The notes: a model not told the origin generated them from the sequence alone. 64,000 nt of DNA from a bacterium (GCA_965249485.1 OZ252239.1:2432001-2496000), one strand, 5' to 3'. Shown: positions 10,664-20,739, counted from the stretch's first letter. A program made the numbers and translations.

Positions 10664-12256
10664 ATGAAAAAATCGTGTACTGATTATGATGGTCTGGTAG
10701 AGTTATATCATGAATTTCGTGAGTTTATAAAACCTGAGGTTGTTGACGGAGTACCCGATTTCACAGTTGCCGCCATGGAAAAGCAATATAGCGGATTACA
10801 ACAGCTCCAAAAGCGTCTTGTTGCAATAGAAATGAGTGATTGGAGTGTGGAACATCAAGTTGATTTCCATGTGGTTCGCGCGGAAATGAACGGTGTAGAA
10901 TTCGACCATCGGGTTCTTCGGCAGTGGGCCCGTGATCCCGGCTTTTACAATCTAACCGACGGTATATATCCCAGGCTCCTTGTTCACCATTCGAGAAGTT
11001 TGTCTAACTGGGGGCTGTATAAACCGGAAGTTCCTCTCCCGGAAAGCGGTATTGCTGATTTCAGGAAGAAGCTGCAAACGGTTCCGAAGCTTTTTGCTCA
11101 GGCAAAGATAAATCTCACAGAAGCTGCAGGAGATCTCGCAACGGTCGCTATTCGTGTCAAAGAAAAAGATATCGAGATGCTCAACCGATTTCGGGTACAG
11201 TTTGCTGAGCATCACCCCGAGCTTGTTCCTTATGTTGATCAGGCAGTGGCCGCTACTGAGGATTTTCGTGACTGGCTTATAGCAAACAAGGATACAATGA
11301 CTGCACCTGCCGGAGTTGGGAAGGAGAACTATAACTGGTGGATGAAAAATGTCCATCTCATTCCCTATGCATGGGATGAGTTTCATACGATGATCCAGAG
11401 TGAATATAATCGAGCAATATCCTTTTTGAAGTTGGAAGAGCACAACAACCGGAAACTTCCGGATTTTACATTGACATCAAGCGAAGAGGAAAATATTCGG
11501 CGGCAGAGAGAAACTGCCGAAAAAGTCATGAATTTTCTCCGTGAAGAAGAGATCATAACAGTTCCTGAGGACCTCCCGCCACTTCCGCCTGACCAATATC
11601 CGCGAATGTGGGGTATGAGCGCCTATCTCAGGCCAAACTATCGTGGTTATTTTGAACAGACCAACGATCGTGAACCGATGTGTAATATTCTTCATGTTAT
11701 TTTTAGCCATTATTATGTCGGCGGAAGAAAGATATGGTACCAGGCGGGTGACACACGGCCAATTCGAAGCGATATTCGTCTTTATGATATGCATGAAGCC
11801 AGATCCGAAGCTTTGGGATTCGGTGTTGAAGAGTGGCTGATGCAGTCATGTTTATTCGATGATCGACCGAGATCGAGAGAGATTACTTATATCTGGATGG
11901 CATTTCGTACGGCTCGGGCATTGTCAGACTTAAAAATGCACAGCAACGAGTATACCTTAGAAGAAGGACGTAAGAATTTTGCTGAATTACTTCCCCATCC
12001 ATGGGCAGGCGAGGACAGTGATGCGGTGTGGTGGGACACTGAAGAGACACTGCGCGCACCGGGTCACAGTTCGAATTACACAGTTGGAAAGAATATGATA
12101 CAGCAGCTTATGGCAGACAGGTCGAGACAGTTAGGTGACACATTCACAATTCGACAATTCTTTGATGATTTCATGAAAGGAGGTATCATCCCGATTTCCC
12201 TGACACGGTGGGAGTTGACTGGTCTCGAAGATCAGATGAAGTTCCTTCTCAATTAA
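10664..12256 (+). CDS. DUF885-family protein without a signal peptide
   Basis: Paralog of 4325..5965; zinc motif degenerate (LHVIFSHY, SEALG). Confidence 0.75.
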   Translation: MKKSCTDYDGLVELYHEFREFIKPEVVDGVPDFTVAAMEKQYSGLQQLQKRLVAIEMSDWSVEHQVDFHVVRAEMNGVEFDHRVLRQWARDPGFYNLTDGIYPRLLVHHSRSLSNWGLYKPEVPLPESGIADFRKKLQTVPKLFAQAKINLTEAAGDLATVAIRVKEKDIEMLNRFRVQFAEHHPELVPYVDQAVAATEDFRDWLIANKDTMTAPAGVGKENYNWWMKNVHLIPYAWDEFHTMIQSEYNRAISFLKLEEHNNRKLPDFTLTSSEEENIRRQRETAEKVMNFLREEEIITVPEDLPPLPPDQYPRMWGMSAYLRPNYRGYFEQTNDREPMCNILHVIFSHYYVGGRKIWYQAGDTRPIRSDIRLYDMHEARSEALGFGVEEWLMQSCLFDDRPRSREITYIWMAFRTARALSDLKMHSNEYTLEEGRKNFAELLPHPWAGEDSDAVWWDTEETLRAPGHSSNYTVGKNMIQQLMADRSRQLGDTFTIRQFFDDFMKGGIIPISLTRWELTGLEDQMKFLLN

Positions 12257-12507
12257 CCGGTCATATTAAAATTGTTATCTCGAAGTCCGGTACTGGCCGG
12301 CGAACCCAAAGTCGAACCGGTACTTCTGCCTGAATGTGCAAAACCGGTTCCGCGATCAGTTCTCATAAACCATCACGATTTTGAGATTATGAAGCTGCCC
12401 CTTGTTAGTATAATAATTTTTCTTTTTAATTGTATGGCTGTGGGGTTGTTAATTAGTGTATTTGTATGGATCTTAATATAAGATCCGCAACGCAATTCTC
12501 TATGACT

Positions 12508-12579
12508 GCAATAATTGTCCCTGAGCGAGGAGTTGAGATTCTCTATCCACTAATTAGTTAGATACGATTAATTTGTTAA
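12508..12579 (+). pseudogene. C-terminal remnant of a sixth M24 gene
   Basis: AIIVPERGVEILYPLIS*IRLIC* versus VVVTERGVEFLYPPIKQIRLIR* of 9184..10545. Confidence 0.75.
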
Positions 12580-12653
12580 TAATAAACTTTGCTAATAATT
12601 TTCAAATATGGTTAAAGAATATAACTTAATTTCAATTGAATGGAACTAATATT

Positions 12654-14291
12654 ATGATTAATAAAAAATATTTAGCTGCTGTCTATACTATATTTATCTG
12701 CATAACAGTACTTCATTGCGCAGTAGAGAATCGGCAGAATGCTGTGGTAGAAAGTACTAATTATGATGACCTTATCAGTCTCTTTAATGAATTTCGAGAA
12801 TTCCAGCAACCGGAATCCATCGATGGTGTGCCCGATTTTTCTGCCGCTGCAATGGGAGATAAATACCGCAATTTGCAGGCATATCAGAACCGTCTAAACG
12901 CGATAGACCCAACAGGATGGCCCATACCGCAAAAGTCGGATTACCTCCTTGTGCGTGCAGAAATGAATGGGTATGAATTCCAGCACCGGGTTCTTAGGCC
13001 ATGGTCGATCGATCCCGGATATTATAATGATGTCATATCCAGATACAGCCGTTCGGGGAATCAGCCGCTTCAAGGGAGTGCTCTTTCCGAAATGCAGAAA
13101 AAACTTCAGATTGTCCCTGAGATATTAGAACAGGCAAAGGAAAACCTCAATAACTTTTCGGAGATAGCAGGTGACCTCGGTACCCTTGCTGTTTTATCAC
13201 TTGGGGATACGAAAGCATCATTCGAATCTCTTGCGGGTGGACTGTCTGAACATAATCCCGAACTTATATCTCATGTGGAGACAATATTGGTGGCAATCGA
13301 TGACTATATCAACTGGATCGAGACAAATAAGATTAAAATGACCGCGCGGGCAGGAGTTGGCAAAGAAAATTACAACTGGCTGCTCAAAAACGTTTACCTT
13401 TTTCCATATACGTGGGAAGATGTCCGTACAATCGTTGAACTTGAAGATAACCGTGTGAGAACTTTTCAGCGCCTCGAAGAAAATAGAAACCGTAACGTTC
13501 CTCCGCTTATACCTGATAGATCGCAGAATGAATACAGGGACGGAATCTATGAAGCTGTTGACCATATTATGAATTTTCTCGACAAAGAAGAAATTTTCAG
13601 TCTGGATAATATCACTGTGCCTGACAGTTATTACGATTCTCGCATTGCGGGAAAGGGATATGGACCAGACAAACCGTGGCCGGAAAAGCAAGATTACTTT
13701 TTTAATTTCTCACATCGGGAAGCAGTAATGGAAAATACACACGAATTGGTTGGTCACCTTTTCGATGAAATGAGATCGGGAAATGACGACCGGCCAATAA
13801 GAGGAGGCAGACATCCATATAAAATTGGAACCGCCCGAGGGGAAGGATTTGCCTTTGCACTTGAAGAGCTTTTGATGCATGCCGGTTATCTGGATGGTCG
13901 TAATGCTCATGGAAGAGAGATCACCTATGAACAGGCTGCATTCCGAACGGTCCGGGCGCTTTCAGACATCTACATGCACAGCGGAGACTGGAACTACGCA
14001 GATGCGACACAGTTCTGTATTGACAATGCTCCGCATGGAGAATTGCTTGAAGGCAGTCACCATTTGTGGTATGAGCTGGATACGACGCTGCGGGGAGTTG
14101 GCCATCATATGCTTATGGTTCTCGGAAAGGTCCAGTTTATGAAGCTTTTTCGGGATCGTGCAAATCAACTCGGAGACAACTTCGTTTTTAAAGATTTTAT
14201 GGATGAAGTATTAGCAACAGGGTCGATACCATGGTCGCTTATACGATGGGAGTTGACCGGCCTGGATGATGAAGTCAAAAAATTGTGGTAA
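12654..14291 (+). CDS. DUF885-family protein, exported
   Basis: RPWSIDP, HELVGH and GEGFA motifs; hydrophobic N-terminus ending in Cys (ORF track start 12636). Confidence 0.75.
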   Translation: MINKKYLAAVYTIFICITVLHCAVENRQNAVVESTNYDDLISLFNEFREFQQPESIDGVPDFSAAAMGDKYRNLQAYQNRLNAIDPTGWPIPQKSDYLLVRAEMNGYEFQHRVLRPWSIDPGYYNDVISRYSRSGNQPLQGSALSEMQKKLQIVPEILEQAKENLNNFSEIAGDLGTLAVLSLGDTKASFESLAGGLSEHNPELISHVETILVAIDDYINWIETNKIKMTARAGVGKENYNWLLKNVYLFPYTWEDVRTIVELEDNRVRTFQRLEENRNRNVPPLIPDRSQNEYRDGIYEAVDHIMNFLDKEEIFSLDNITVPDSYYDSRIAGKGYGPDKPWPEKQDYFFNFSHREAVMENTHELVGHLFDEMRSGNDDRPIRGGRHPYKIGTARGEGFAFALEELLMHAGYLDGRNAHGREITYEQAAFRTVRALSDIYMHSGDWNYADATQFCIDNAPHGELLEGSHHLWYELDTTLRGVGHHMLMVLGKVQFMKLFRDRANQLGDNFVFKDFMDEVLATGSIPWSLIRWELTGLDDEVKKLW

Positions 14292-14340
14292 ATTTCATAT
14301 CGTAAATTTTAAATAGTAGAGTTCAATAGAGGAGAATTTC

Positions 14341-15813
14341 ATGATATTACGGGTAATTTCATTATTTGTTTCTGTGATGTTCATTGTTTCTACTGCCATT
14401 GCACAGCAGGCGTTACCAGCGCGTACTGCGGAGACCGACGCGGAAGCTGTTCGTCTTATGAGAAATGAAAAACTAAACCTTATTCTGCCGGGAGCAATGC
14501 GCGACAATAAAGTTGATATGTGGATTCATGTCACGCGCAGCGGAAACCCTGATCCAATGGCTCAATTTTTTGGAAGAACCTCCGGTTATTTGGTATTTAC
14601 GGACCTGGGAGATAAAATTGAGCGGGCTGTGTTTGGTGAAGCAGGAGCTGTTGCAATTATTGACATTCGCGGCTCTGATGATTTTGCACGGGCTATTGGT
14701 CCTCAGGGTGAAGGATTTCGTGTGGATGAAGGGTATGGCGAAGAGGCTGGATATATTTATATACCTTATCCCAGAGAAGATCCAAATGTCTACGATGAAT
14801 TCAGAGATTTTGTTGCTGAACGTGATCCACAAACAATTGCAGTCAATACATCGGCTTGGATTGTCCAGGCAGATGGGATTTCATATTCCGATTATTTAAA
14901 ATTAGAAAAAATTATTGGACCTAAATACTCTTCAAGAATTGTATCTGCAGAGAATGTTATTTCAGATTTTGTGATAAGAAGAACGAGCAGGGAAGTTGCG
15001 GCGCAGGTTGAAGTATTGGCATTGGCACGTCAAAGGGCAAAGCAAAGATTATCTCAGGTTATACCGGGTAAAACGACGGTAGCGGATATAAATGCCCGGG
15101 TTTACTATTCAGCAGTAAATACTCCCGATAAAACAGTTGAAATTTCTCCACCTGATGTCAGATGGTTTATTCATAACCCTGACTATGTAATTCAGCGAGG
15201 TGATTTTTTTGTTGGCGGCAGTGGCAGTCCCGGGGGTGACTACATGGGATTTGGAGTTGATACTAAAATTCATGCCTATATTTTGAGAGAGGGGGAAACG
15301 AAAGTTCCTGACTTCCTGCAGAGGGTCTATGATAAGGCGATAGCAGGTCAATGGATTTTGCGGGATCATATGAAGGTCGGTATGACCGCCAAGGAATCCC
15401 TGGATGCAATGGTCAGAGCGATGGAAGAGGAAGGCTATATATATACACCTTTTTTAAATTCACGTGGAGTGACTGCTGACGGCAAGAACACATTAGACTA
15501 TCTGATAGTACAAAAAGCACTCGCTGGTAAAGAGACAGATGTTGCAGGATTTTCCATTGATAATCACAGTTTTGGTAATGCGGGCATGGGTAACGGAATT
15601 ATAGGGCCATCTATGTCTGGTTTTCGTCCGGACACACATCATTTAAAAATTCAGGAGAATCATCTCTTTGCATTTGAATATATGGTTCATATGAACATTG
15701 ATGAACGTCCCGGTTATCCACTATGCTTAAACATATCTAATCCACAAATTATTACCAGCCGGGGAGTTGAATTTATTCAACCACCAAATGAGGAGATTTT
15801 CCTGATCAAATGA
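14341..15813 (+). CDS. Secreted M24-family protein
   Basis: Close paralog of 10..1395 (REVAAQVEVLALARQRA, DYMGFGVDTKIH). Confidence 0.8.
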   Translation: MILRVISLFVSVMFIVSTAIAQQALPARTAETDAEAVRLMRNEKLNLILPGAMRDNKVDMWIHVTRSGNPDPMAQFFGRTSGYLVFTDLGDKIERAVFGEAGAVAIIDIRGSDDFARAIGPQGEGFRVDEGYGEEAGYIYIPYPREDPNVYDEFRDFVAERDPQTIAVNTSAWIVQADGISYSDYLKLEKIIGPKYSSRIVSAENVISDFVIRRTSREVAAQVEVLALARQRAKQRLSQVIPGKTTVADINARVYYSAVNTPDKTVEISPPDVRWFIHNPDYVIQRGDFFVGGSGSPGGDYMGFGVDTKIHAYILREGETKVPDFLQRVYDKAIAGQWILRDHMKVGMTAKESLDAMVRAMEEEGYIYTPFLNSRGVTADGKNTLDYLIVQKALAGKETDVAGFSIDNHSFGNAGMGNGIIGPSMSGFRPDTHHLKIQENHLFAFEYMVHMNIDERPGYPLCLNISNPQIITSRGVEFIQPPNEEIFLIK

Positions 15814-15820
15814 GCATGAA

Positions 15821-15990
15821 GGTTCTCAAATCGTACAGTCCGGGGAGTAGAAAATACTTGTAATAACAGGATGCATACCTTATTATTCATATTATAATTA
15901 CTAAAACATTCTGACCAAGTATATCACATATTTAAAAAGCCACATATTCCAACAAAAATCTCTATTATTCTCTTTTAGATAATAGATATG
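15821..15990 (+). repeat. Intergenic repeat, copy 1 of 3
   Basis: GGTTCTCAAATCGTACAGTCCG..GAG..TACTTGTA...TCTGACCAAGTA..TCACAT...TCTCTTTTAGA; also at 18791 and 19947. Confidence 0.85.
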
Positions 15991-16092
15991 ATAGATATCG
16001 GATTAGTGTTATAAAAAGTTGTAAAACAATAGAACTTTCGTATATCTTACGGGGAATAATTTTACTGGAATTAATTAATTGGAGGAATTGAA

Positions 16093-17313
16093 ATGTTTAC
16101 TAAAAATGCTTTTTATTACTTATGTGCTTGTTGTGTCTTTATTGGGTTGTCCGTTTTAAATTCGTCTCCGGTGAAAGCTCAAAGTCCGCCGGATTGGCCG
16201 GATATCGATATTTCCCGATCTCCGGACGGTATTGTTCCCATGCCCGATAATGTGCATGAGGTGTTCAAGGTGTTCGATAGATATACGAAGGTAATTACCC
16301 CGAGCGGTAAAGCAATCCACATGGTCATTGCACCGGGATATTCGAACCGTCAGACAGTATATGCCCGCAAAGTTCTGGTCAATCACCTGACCGGTGTTGC
16401 AGGTACGAAATATGGAGAAAAACGGGATAAAATTGCGGTTGCGAATGCAATATCGGCCAATAATTCAGTCTTAACCTTTTACCCTGATACCGAAATGCAT
16501 CAAAGACACCGACCGAATCTGCGGGCGGCAGGTGTTCTCAGTCAGGACCTACGGGCATATGAAGCTATTCTGGAAGGTGTAGCGGAATATATCGACCAGG
16601 AAAACCCGACCCGCGATGCGTCGTATGAAGAGATCATGCATTTTGTCCAGGGAAAGGGTCTCAGGTTTGCACATCCTACCTTTATTCGCGATTTGAATGA
16701 TGCACACGATAAAGCACGGGCAAAAGGTCTATACAACCGGAACACAACGAGCGAATACTGGATCTGCGGGTTTGAAGCCTATTTTGATATGTGGAGACAT
16801 GACCCGACAGGTGAAGGGACACGGGGAGGAGAATATATTCCCCTGGATAACTTTAAGTTGAAAGCTCTTGATCCGGCAATGTACGAGCTTGTCGAAAACT
16901 ATTTGGGCACACATTGGTTGTATACTGCAGAAATTGTTGATGAATTTGACGGTACGTTTTCATTGACCCATGACGAGAATTTAACGTATACCAATAAATC
17001 TCAGTTTCTCAGAAAAGCCATGCTGACCGGGGATAATGATTCAAATCTGACCGGGAATGATGAAGACAACAACCTGTTCGGCAACAGCGGTGATAATGTA
17101 ATGACACCAATGGCAGGTTCGGATGTTGTAGACGGCGGTCCGGGTAATGACACAGCCACTTTTCCCGGTGACCGAAGGGATTATGTCGTGCATGAACAGG
17201 ACGGAAGGGTTGTTGTCGAAGGCACAGATTTTATGCGGGATGGTTATAATATCCTTATTAATATTGAAAAGCTTCAGTTTAATGACAGAGAAATTAATGT
17301 TAGGGATTTATAG
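16093..17313 (+). CDS. Secreted zincin-like protein with C-terminal RTX-like Ca-binding repeats
   Basis: Signal peptide; YEEIMH...SEYW motif; LTGNDEDNNLFGNSGDN..DGGPGND..NIEKLQF. Confidence 0.6.
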   Translation: MFTKNAFYYLCACCVFIGLSVLNSSPVKAQSPPDWPDIDISRSPDGIVPMPDNVHEVFKVFDRYTKVITPSGKAIHMVIAPGYSNRQTVYARKVLVNHLTGVAGTKYGEKRDKIAVANAISANNSVLTFYPDTEMHQRHRPNLRAAGVLSQDLRAYEAILEGVAEYIDQENPTRDASYEEIMHFVQGKGLRFAHPTFIRDLNDAHDKARAKGLYNRNTTSEYWICGFEAYFDMWRHDPTGEGTRGGEYIPLDNFKLKALDPAMYELVENYLGTHWLYTAEIVDEFDGTFSLTHDENLTYTNKSQFLRKAMLTGDNDSNLTGNDEDNNLFGNSGDNVMTPMAGSDVVDGGPGNDTATFPGDRRDYVVHEQDGRVVVEGTDFMRDGYNILINIEKLQFNDREINVRDL

Positions 17314-17343
17314 TCTATAAGACGAAATATTCGGATACTCCAA

Positions 17344-18789
17344 ATGTTCACCCGACAAGTTTTTTTTACAATCATATCTTTGACCTTATTTCTGGGCTCC
17401 TGTAGTTCGGAAACGACCGAATCAATATCGACTGATACGGCTATGACTAATGTTCAGGCTCGGGGAGAAGACGATCTAAAGGAATTGATTAATCAAATTC
17501 GCCGGGACAAGTTTGACCTGATCCTGCCACAAATCATGCGGGAGAACAATATTGACATGTGGATTCAAGTGATGAGAGAAGGTAGTCCTGATCCCATGAG
17601 AGATGAATTGGGCAGCAACAACGGTATTTTCATCTTTACAGACCGCGGCGGCGACAGGATCGAACGGGCGGTTATCGGTCATAGATGGAAAAGTTCCGAT
17701 CAAAGTTTAGTTAGAACTCCATATTTGGATGTGGTTCGAGAATGTGGGGCCTACGACATAATCGCCGAAGAATTTTCACGGATCGAAATGCCTGGAGGCC
17801 CGAAAACAGAATTTGATCACAGATTTAAGGGCGTCGGAGAATTTGTTGCCGAACGTGACCCCAAACGCATTGGTGTAAATTACCTGGAAAAGCTGGGACC
17901 TCCCGTGGAGTATGAGATTCCAAGGTTACGATCCGATGGCATTTCGTATACGGATTACAACCTATTGGTCAAAGCACTCGGTGATAATTATGCGAAGAGG
18001 ATTGTCTCGGCTGAATATCTGATATATGATTACTTGTCGAGACCGGTGCCGAGCGAAATTGCAATGTTTAAGAATATACGTAAGTTGATCGCAGAATCTT
18101 TAGAGAATGATTTTGCTAAAATCGTGTCGGGTGTAACCAAATTGAGCTTTCCTGAGGGAGGTGGTTCTGTCGTGGATAAGGACGGAAATAGAAGAAGTGG
18201 TGACTCTGTGATACAGGGAGGTGACCTAATTAGAATAGCCAAGGGTCGACAAAGCCACCACTATTTGGACTCCGAGTGGAAATTCGCAAACTTCTATGAG
18301 ATCATGCATGGATACGGCTATGTGCTCCGAGAAGGAGAGACCGAACCGCCCCCAAAGATAAAAAAAATCTGGGCAGATGCACTGAAAGTCCGTAAGATAT
18401 TAGAAGAGAACATCAAGGTTGGCCGTACCGGTGGCGAAACATTTGAAATCCTCAAGCGAAAAGTTGAAGAAGCAGGCTTTATTTATGTAAATAGACAAAT
18501 ATACAACAAGGATCTTGATCCTGAAAAAACCCAGGTTCCTCTCGACTTACATGCCGCGGGAAAAGGAGTGTATGCCCCCAGGATTAGTCCTTTAGGTCCG
18601 GATTGGCAACGGAATTTGACACTCCAACTCAATCACCACTTCTATTTTGAATACTGGGTCTATATGCCAATGCCTGAATGGGGTGAAGGAAGATATTTAT
18701 CTTTACCATTTCATGACGGTGCGATTGTCACCGAACGTGGAGTCGAGTATTTTTCTCCACCACCTACGGAGCTTCGTCTTATTCGATAA
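17344..18789 (+). CDS. M24-family lipoprotein
   Basis: Lipobox LGSC; MRENNIDMWI, ERDPKRIGVN and TERGVEY motifs. Confidence 0.8.
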   Translation: MFTRQVFFTIISLTLFLGSCSSETTESISTDTAMTNVQARGEDDLKELINQIRRDKFDLILPQIMRENNIDMWIQVMREGSPDPMRDELGSNNGIFIFTDRGGDRIERAVIGHRWKSSDQSLVRTPYLDVVRECGAYDIIAEEFSRIEMPGGPKTEFDHRFKGVGEFVAERDPKRIGVNYLEKLGPPVEYEIPRLRSDGISYTDYNLLVKALGDNYAKRIVSAEYLIYDYLSRPVPSEIAMFKNIRKLIAESLENDFAKIVSGVTKLSFPEGGGSVVDKDGNRRSGDSVIQGGDLIRIAKGRQSHHYLDSEWKFANFYEIMHGYGYVLREGETEPPPKIKKIWADALKVRKILEENIKVGRTGGETFEILKRKVEEAGFIYVNRQIYNKDLDPEKTQVPLDLHAAGKGVYAPRISPLGPDWQRNLTLQLNHHFYFEYWVYMPMPEWGEGRYLSLPFHDGAIVTERGVEYFSPPPTELRLIR

Positions 18790-18790
18790 A

Positions 18791-18960
18791 GGTTCGAAAA
18801 TCGTACAGCCCGGAGAGTAAATATTACTTGTAAAAGCCAAATGTATATTTTTACGTTTATATCAAAGTAACCAGTACGGTCTGACTAAGTACATCACATC
18901 TTAAAAGAGCGTCATATTTCATACACAATCCATATTAATCTCTTTTAGAGTATTGATATG
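18791..18960 (+). repeat. Intergenic repeat, copy 2 of 3
   Basis: GGTTCGAAAATCGTACAGCCCGGAGAG..TACTTGTA..ATCAAAGTAACCAG..TCTGACTAAGTACATCACAT. Confidence 0.85.
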
Positions 18961-18992
18961 GGGAATATATTCTAATTGAAGGAGATTCAAAT

Positions 18993-19895
18993 ATGTCTAC
19001 CCGACAAGTTTTTTTTACAATCATATCTTTGACCTTTTTTCTGGGCTCCTGTAGTTCAGAAACTGCTGAATCGGTAGCGACAGATGTGGGAAAGACCCAT
19101 CATGGGGGATGTGTCATGCTTTCACGAGCGACTACAGCTCCAAATGATCTGTATTTAAATACTGGCGTCGTCCCGACAGACGAATACCCACCGTTCACGA
19201 AAAAAATCACGGTCTACGGCTATACCCTGGTAGCCCGGGATGACATTACAGATGATTTTATGCTGAGAGTGGCTAAAACTATCACAGAAATGTTTCCGCT
19301 GGGAAGCACTATTGACAGTGCGCTTCAGGAAGAGTTTATCAGGAACATGTATGAGTACAGAGCATTGATTCCTCTCTATAATGGAAGAAATCGTTTCACC
19401 TCTCCCGAAGATCAGGCGGCGTGGAATGTAACAAGAAGTCAGAATAGCGTATGCGACGTAATAATGGATAATGAAGTCGGACGACAGGTGATGGAAGTAG
19501 TTGAGCACATCTTACACTATGCAAATGACGTAGGACTTCACTATACTTTTCCCGAGGAATGGGCTGTTGCAAGCGGCTCGAAACTTCATCAAATGATGCT
19601 GGAAGCGGTAGAAAAGGGGTATTATGATGACACATCATACGATAGAATTGAAGATGAAGAACGCCGGTTAAGGGTTAAACTACAGGAGTTCGGATATTTG
19701 ATCATCACTACTGCCTGGGACCTCCAGGTGCCTTATGCAGGAGGAGGAGATGAATGGACAGAAGGTGGAACGATAACAAATGGGGACGAACTGAAGGAAA
19801 AGATGCCTCTGCTGTATGAGATGTACGAACAGACAGTTTCGAAGATTATGGTGTCACCAAGTCGATCACTGCTCGATGAATTGTTTGGTTCTTAA
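18993..19895 (+). CDS. Zincin-like lipoprotein
   Basis: Lipobox LGSC; VEHILH...QEFGY motif; distant similarity to 16093..17313. Confidence 0.55.
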   Translation: MSTRQVFFTIISLTFFLGSCSSETAESVATDVGKTHHGGCVMLSRATTAPNDLYLNTGVVPTDEYPPFTKKITVYGYTLVARDDITDDFMLRVAKTITEMFPLGSTIDSALQEEFIRNMYEYRALIPLYNGRNRFTSPEDQAAWNVTRSQNSVCDVIMDNEVGRQVMEVVEHILHYANDVGLHYTFPEEWAVASGSKLHQMMLEAVEKGYYDDTSYDRIEDEERRLRVKLQEFGYLIITTAWDLQVPYAGGGDEWTEGGTITNGDELKEKMPLLYEMYEQTVSKIMVSPSRSLLDELFGS

Positions 19896-19946
19896 CGGTG
19901 TAATTCTCAGTGTGTTCTTTATAGCGATAGATATGCGATAGAAAAC

Positions 19947-20062
19947 GGCTCGCAAATCGTACAGTCCGCGGAGAAAAAAATACTTGTATTGACAAAATGA
20001 ATACCCTGTTATATAATTCAAACATATCAAAGTAACCAGCACCCTCTGACCAAGTACACCAT
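19947..20062 (+). repeat. Intergenic repeat, copy 3 of 3
   Basis: GGCTCGCAAATCGTACAGTCCGCGGAG..TACTTGTA..ATATCAAAGTAACCAG..TCTGACCAAGTAC. Confidence 0.85.
19989..20017 (+). promoter_or_regulatory. Consensus sigma70 promoter
   Basis: TTGACA-17 bp-TATAAT. Confidence 0.65.
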
Positions 20063-20225
20063 AGTTATATAGTTGTCTTCGTTAAACACGAAACAAAATT
20101 TTTGCTTTTTTTGAAAATTGAATGGTGATTTGTCAAGTTATTCTTATATCAGGTTTGTATACAGGGCTGGTTAAAATTGTTCCAATCTGAAAATGTGAAT
20201 TTCTTAAGGCAATACAATTTTCAAT

Positions 20226-20263
20226 AAAAAAAGGACAATGCTATCAACCACTTAGCACTGTCC
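20226..20263 (-). terminator. Intrinsic terminator of 20338..20739
   Basis: A7-GGACAATGCTA...TAGCACTGTCC hairpin. Confidence 0.65.
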
Positions 20264-20337
20264 AAATTTAAGAGTGTAAACAGGTTCTCTGCTAAATTAA
20301 GCACTAATAATCAATAGGGAATCTTTACATATATGCT

Positions 20338-20739
20338 TTACGCTGCCTTCGGCTTGTATATTAGAGCAACAACGATTCCTAAAATAATAGTATTAATAAA
20401 ATTGCCGATTGAAAAACTCCAGATTAGGCCTGCCGGATAGTCATAATATGCATAGAGGGTAAATAGTAGCGGAAGGTACATCAGTAAACCGATATAGACC
20501 CCAAAACGAATACCCTCAGTAATGCCTTTACCCTCATAACCTTTAATAAATAAGAAGCAGAACATAACGGCAAAAGTAAGCGAACCAATAATACCCATTA
20601 TCCACGAATCGATACCCATTGTGGTTTTCATGCCCGGAACACCTTCCCAGTTTATAACAAACCCATTCAAAATAAAAGAAAGTATGTAACTAACAATCCA
20701 AACAACACCAAATGCTACGATAAATCGACTTGTATTCAT
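20338..20739 (-). CDS. Small four-helix membrane protein
   Basis: Four hydrophobic segments, GAGGAGG SD. Confidence 0.75.
   Translation of the reverse strand: MNTSRFIVAFGVVWIVSYILSFILNGFVINWEGVPGMKTTMGIDSWIMGIIGSLTFAVMFCFLFIKGYEGKGITEGIRFGVYIGLLMYLPLLFTLYAYYDYPAGLIWSFSIGNFINTIILGIVVALIYKPKAA

Noticed and set aside
12254..12481. ACCGGT-rich stretch giving a 69-aa + ORF or a 37-aa Ser/Thr/Gly-rich - ORF as a second RiPP precursor
   Set aside because: No convincing SD, far from the maturases and adjacent to a gene remnant; more likely debris
15821..20062. CRISPR array or integron attC sites
   Set aside because: Copies are kilobases apart and diverged, with no cas or intI gene and no clear attC R-box pair
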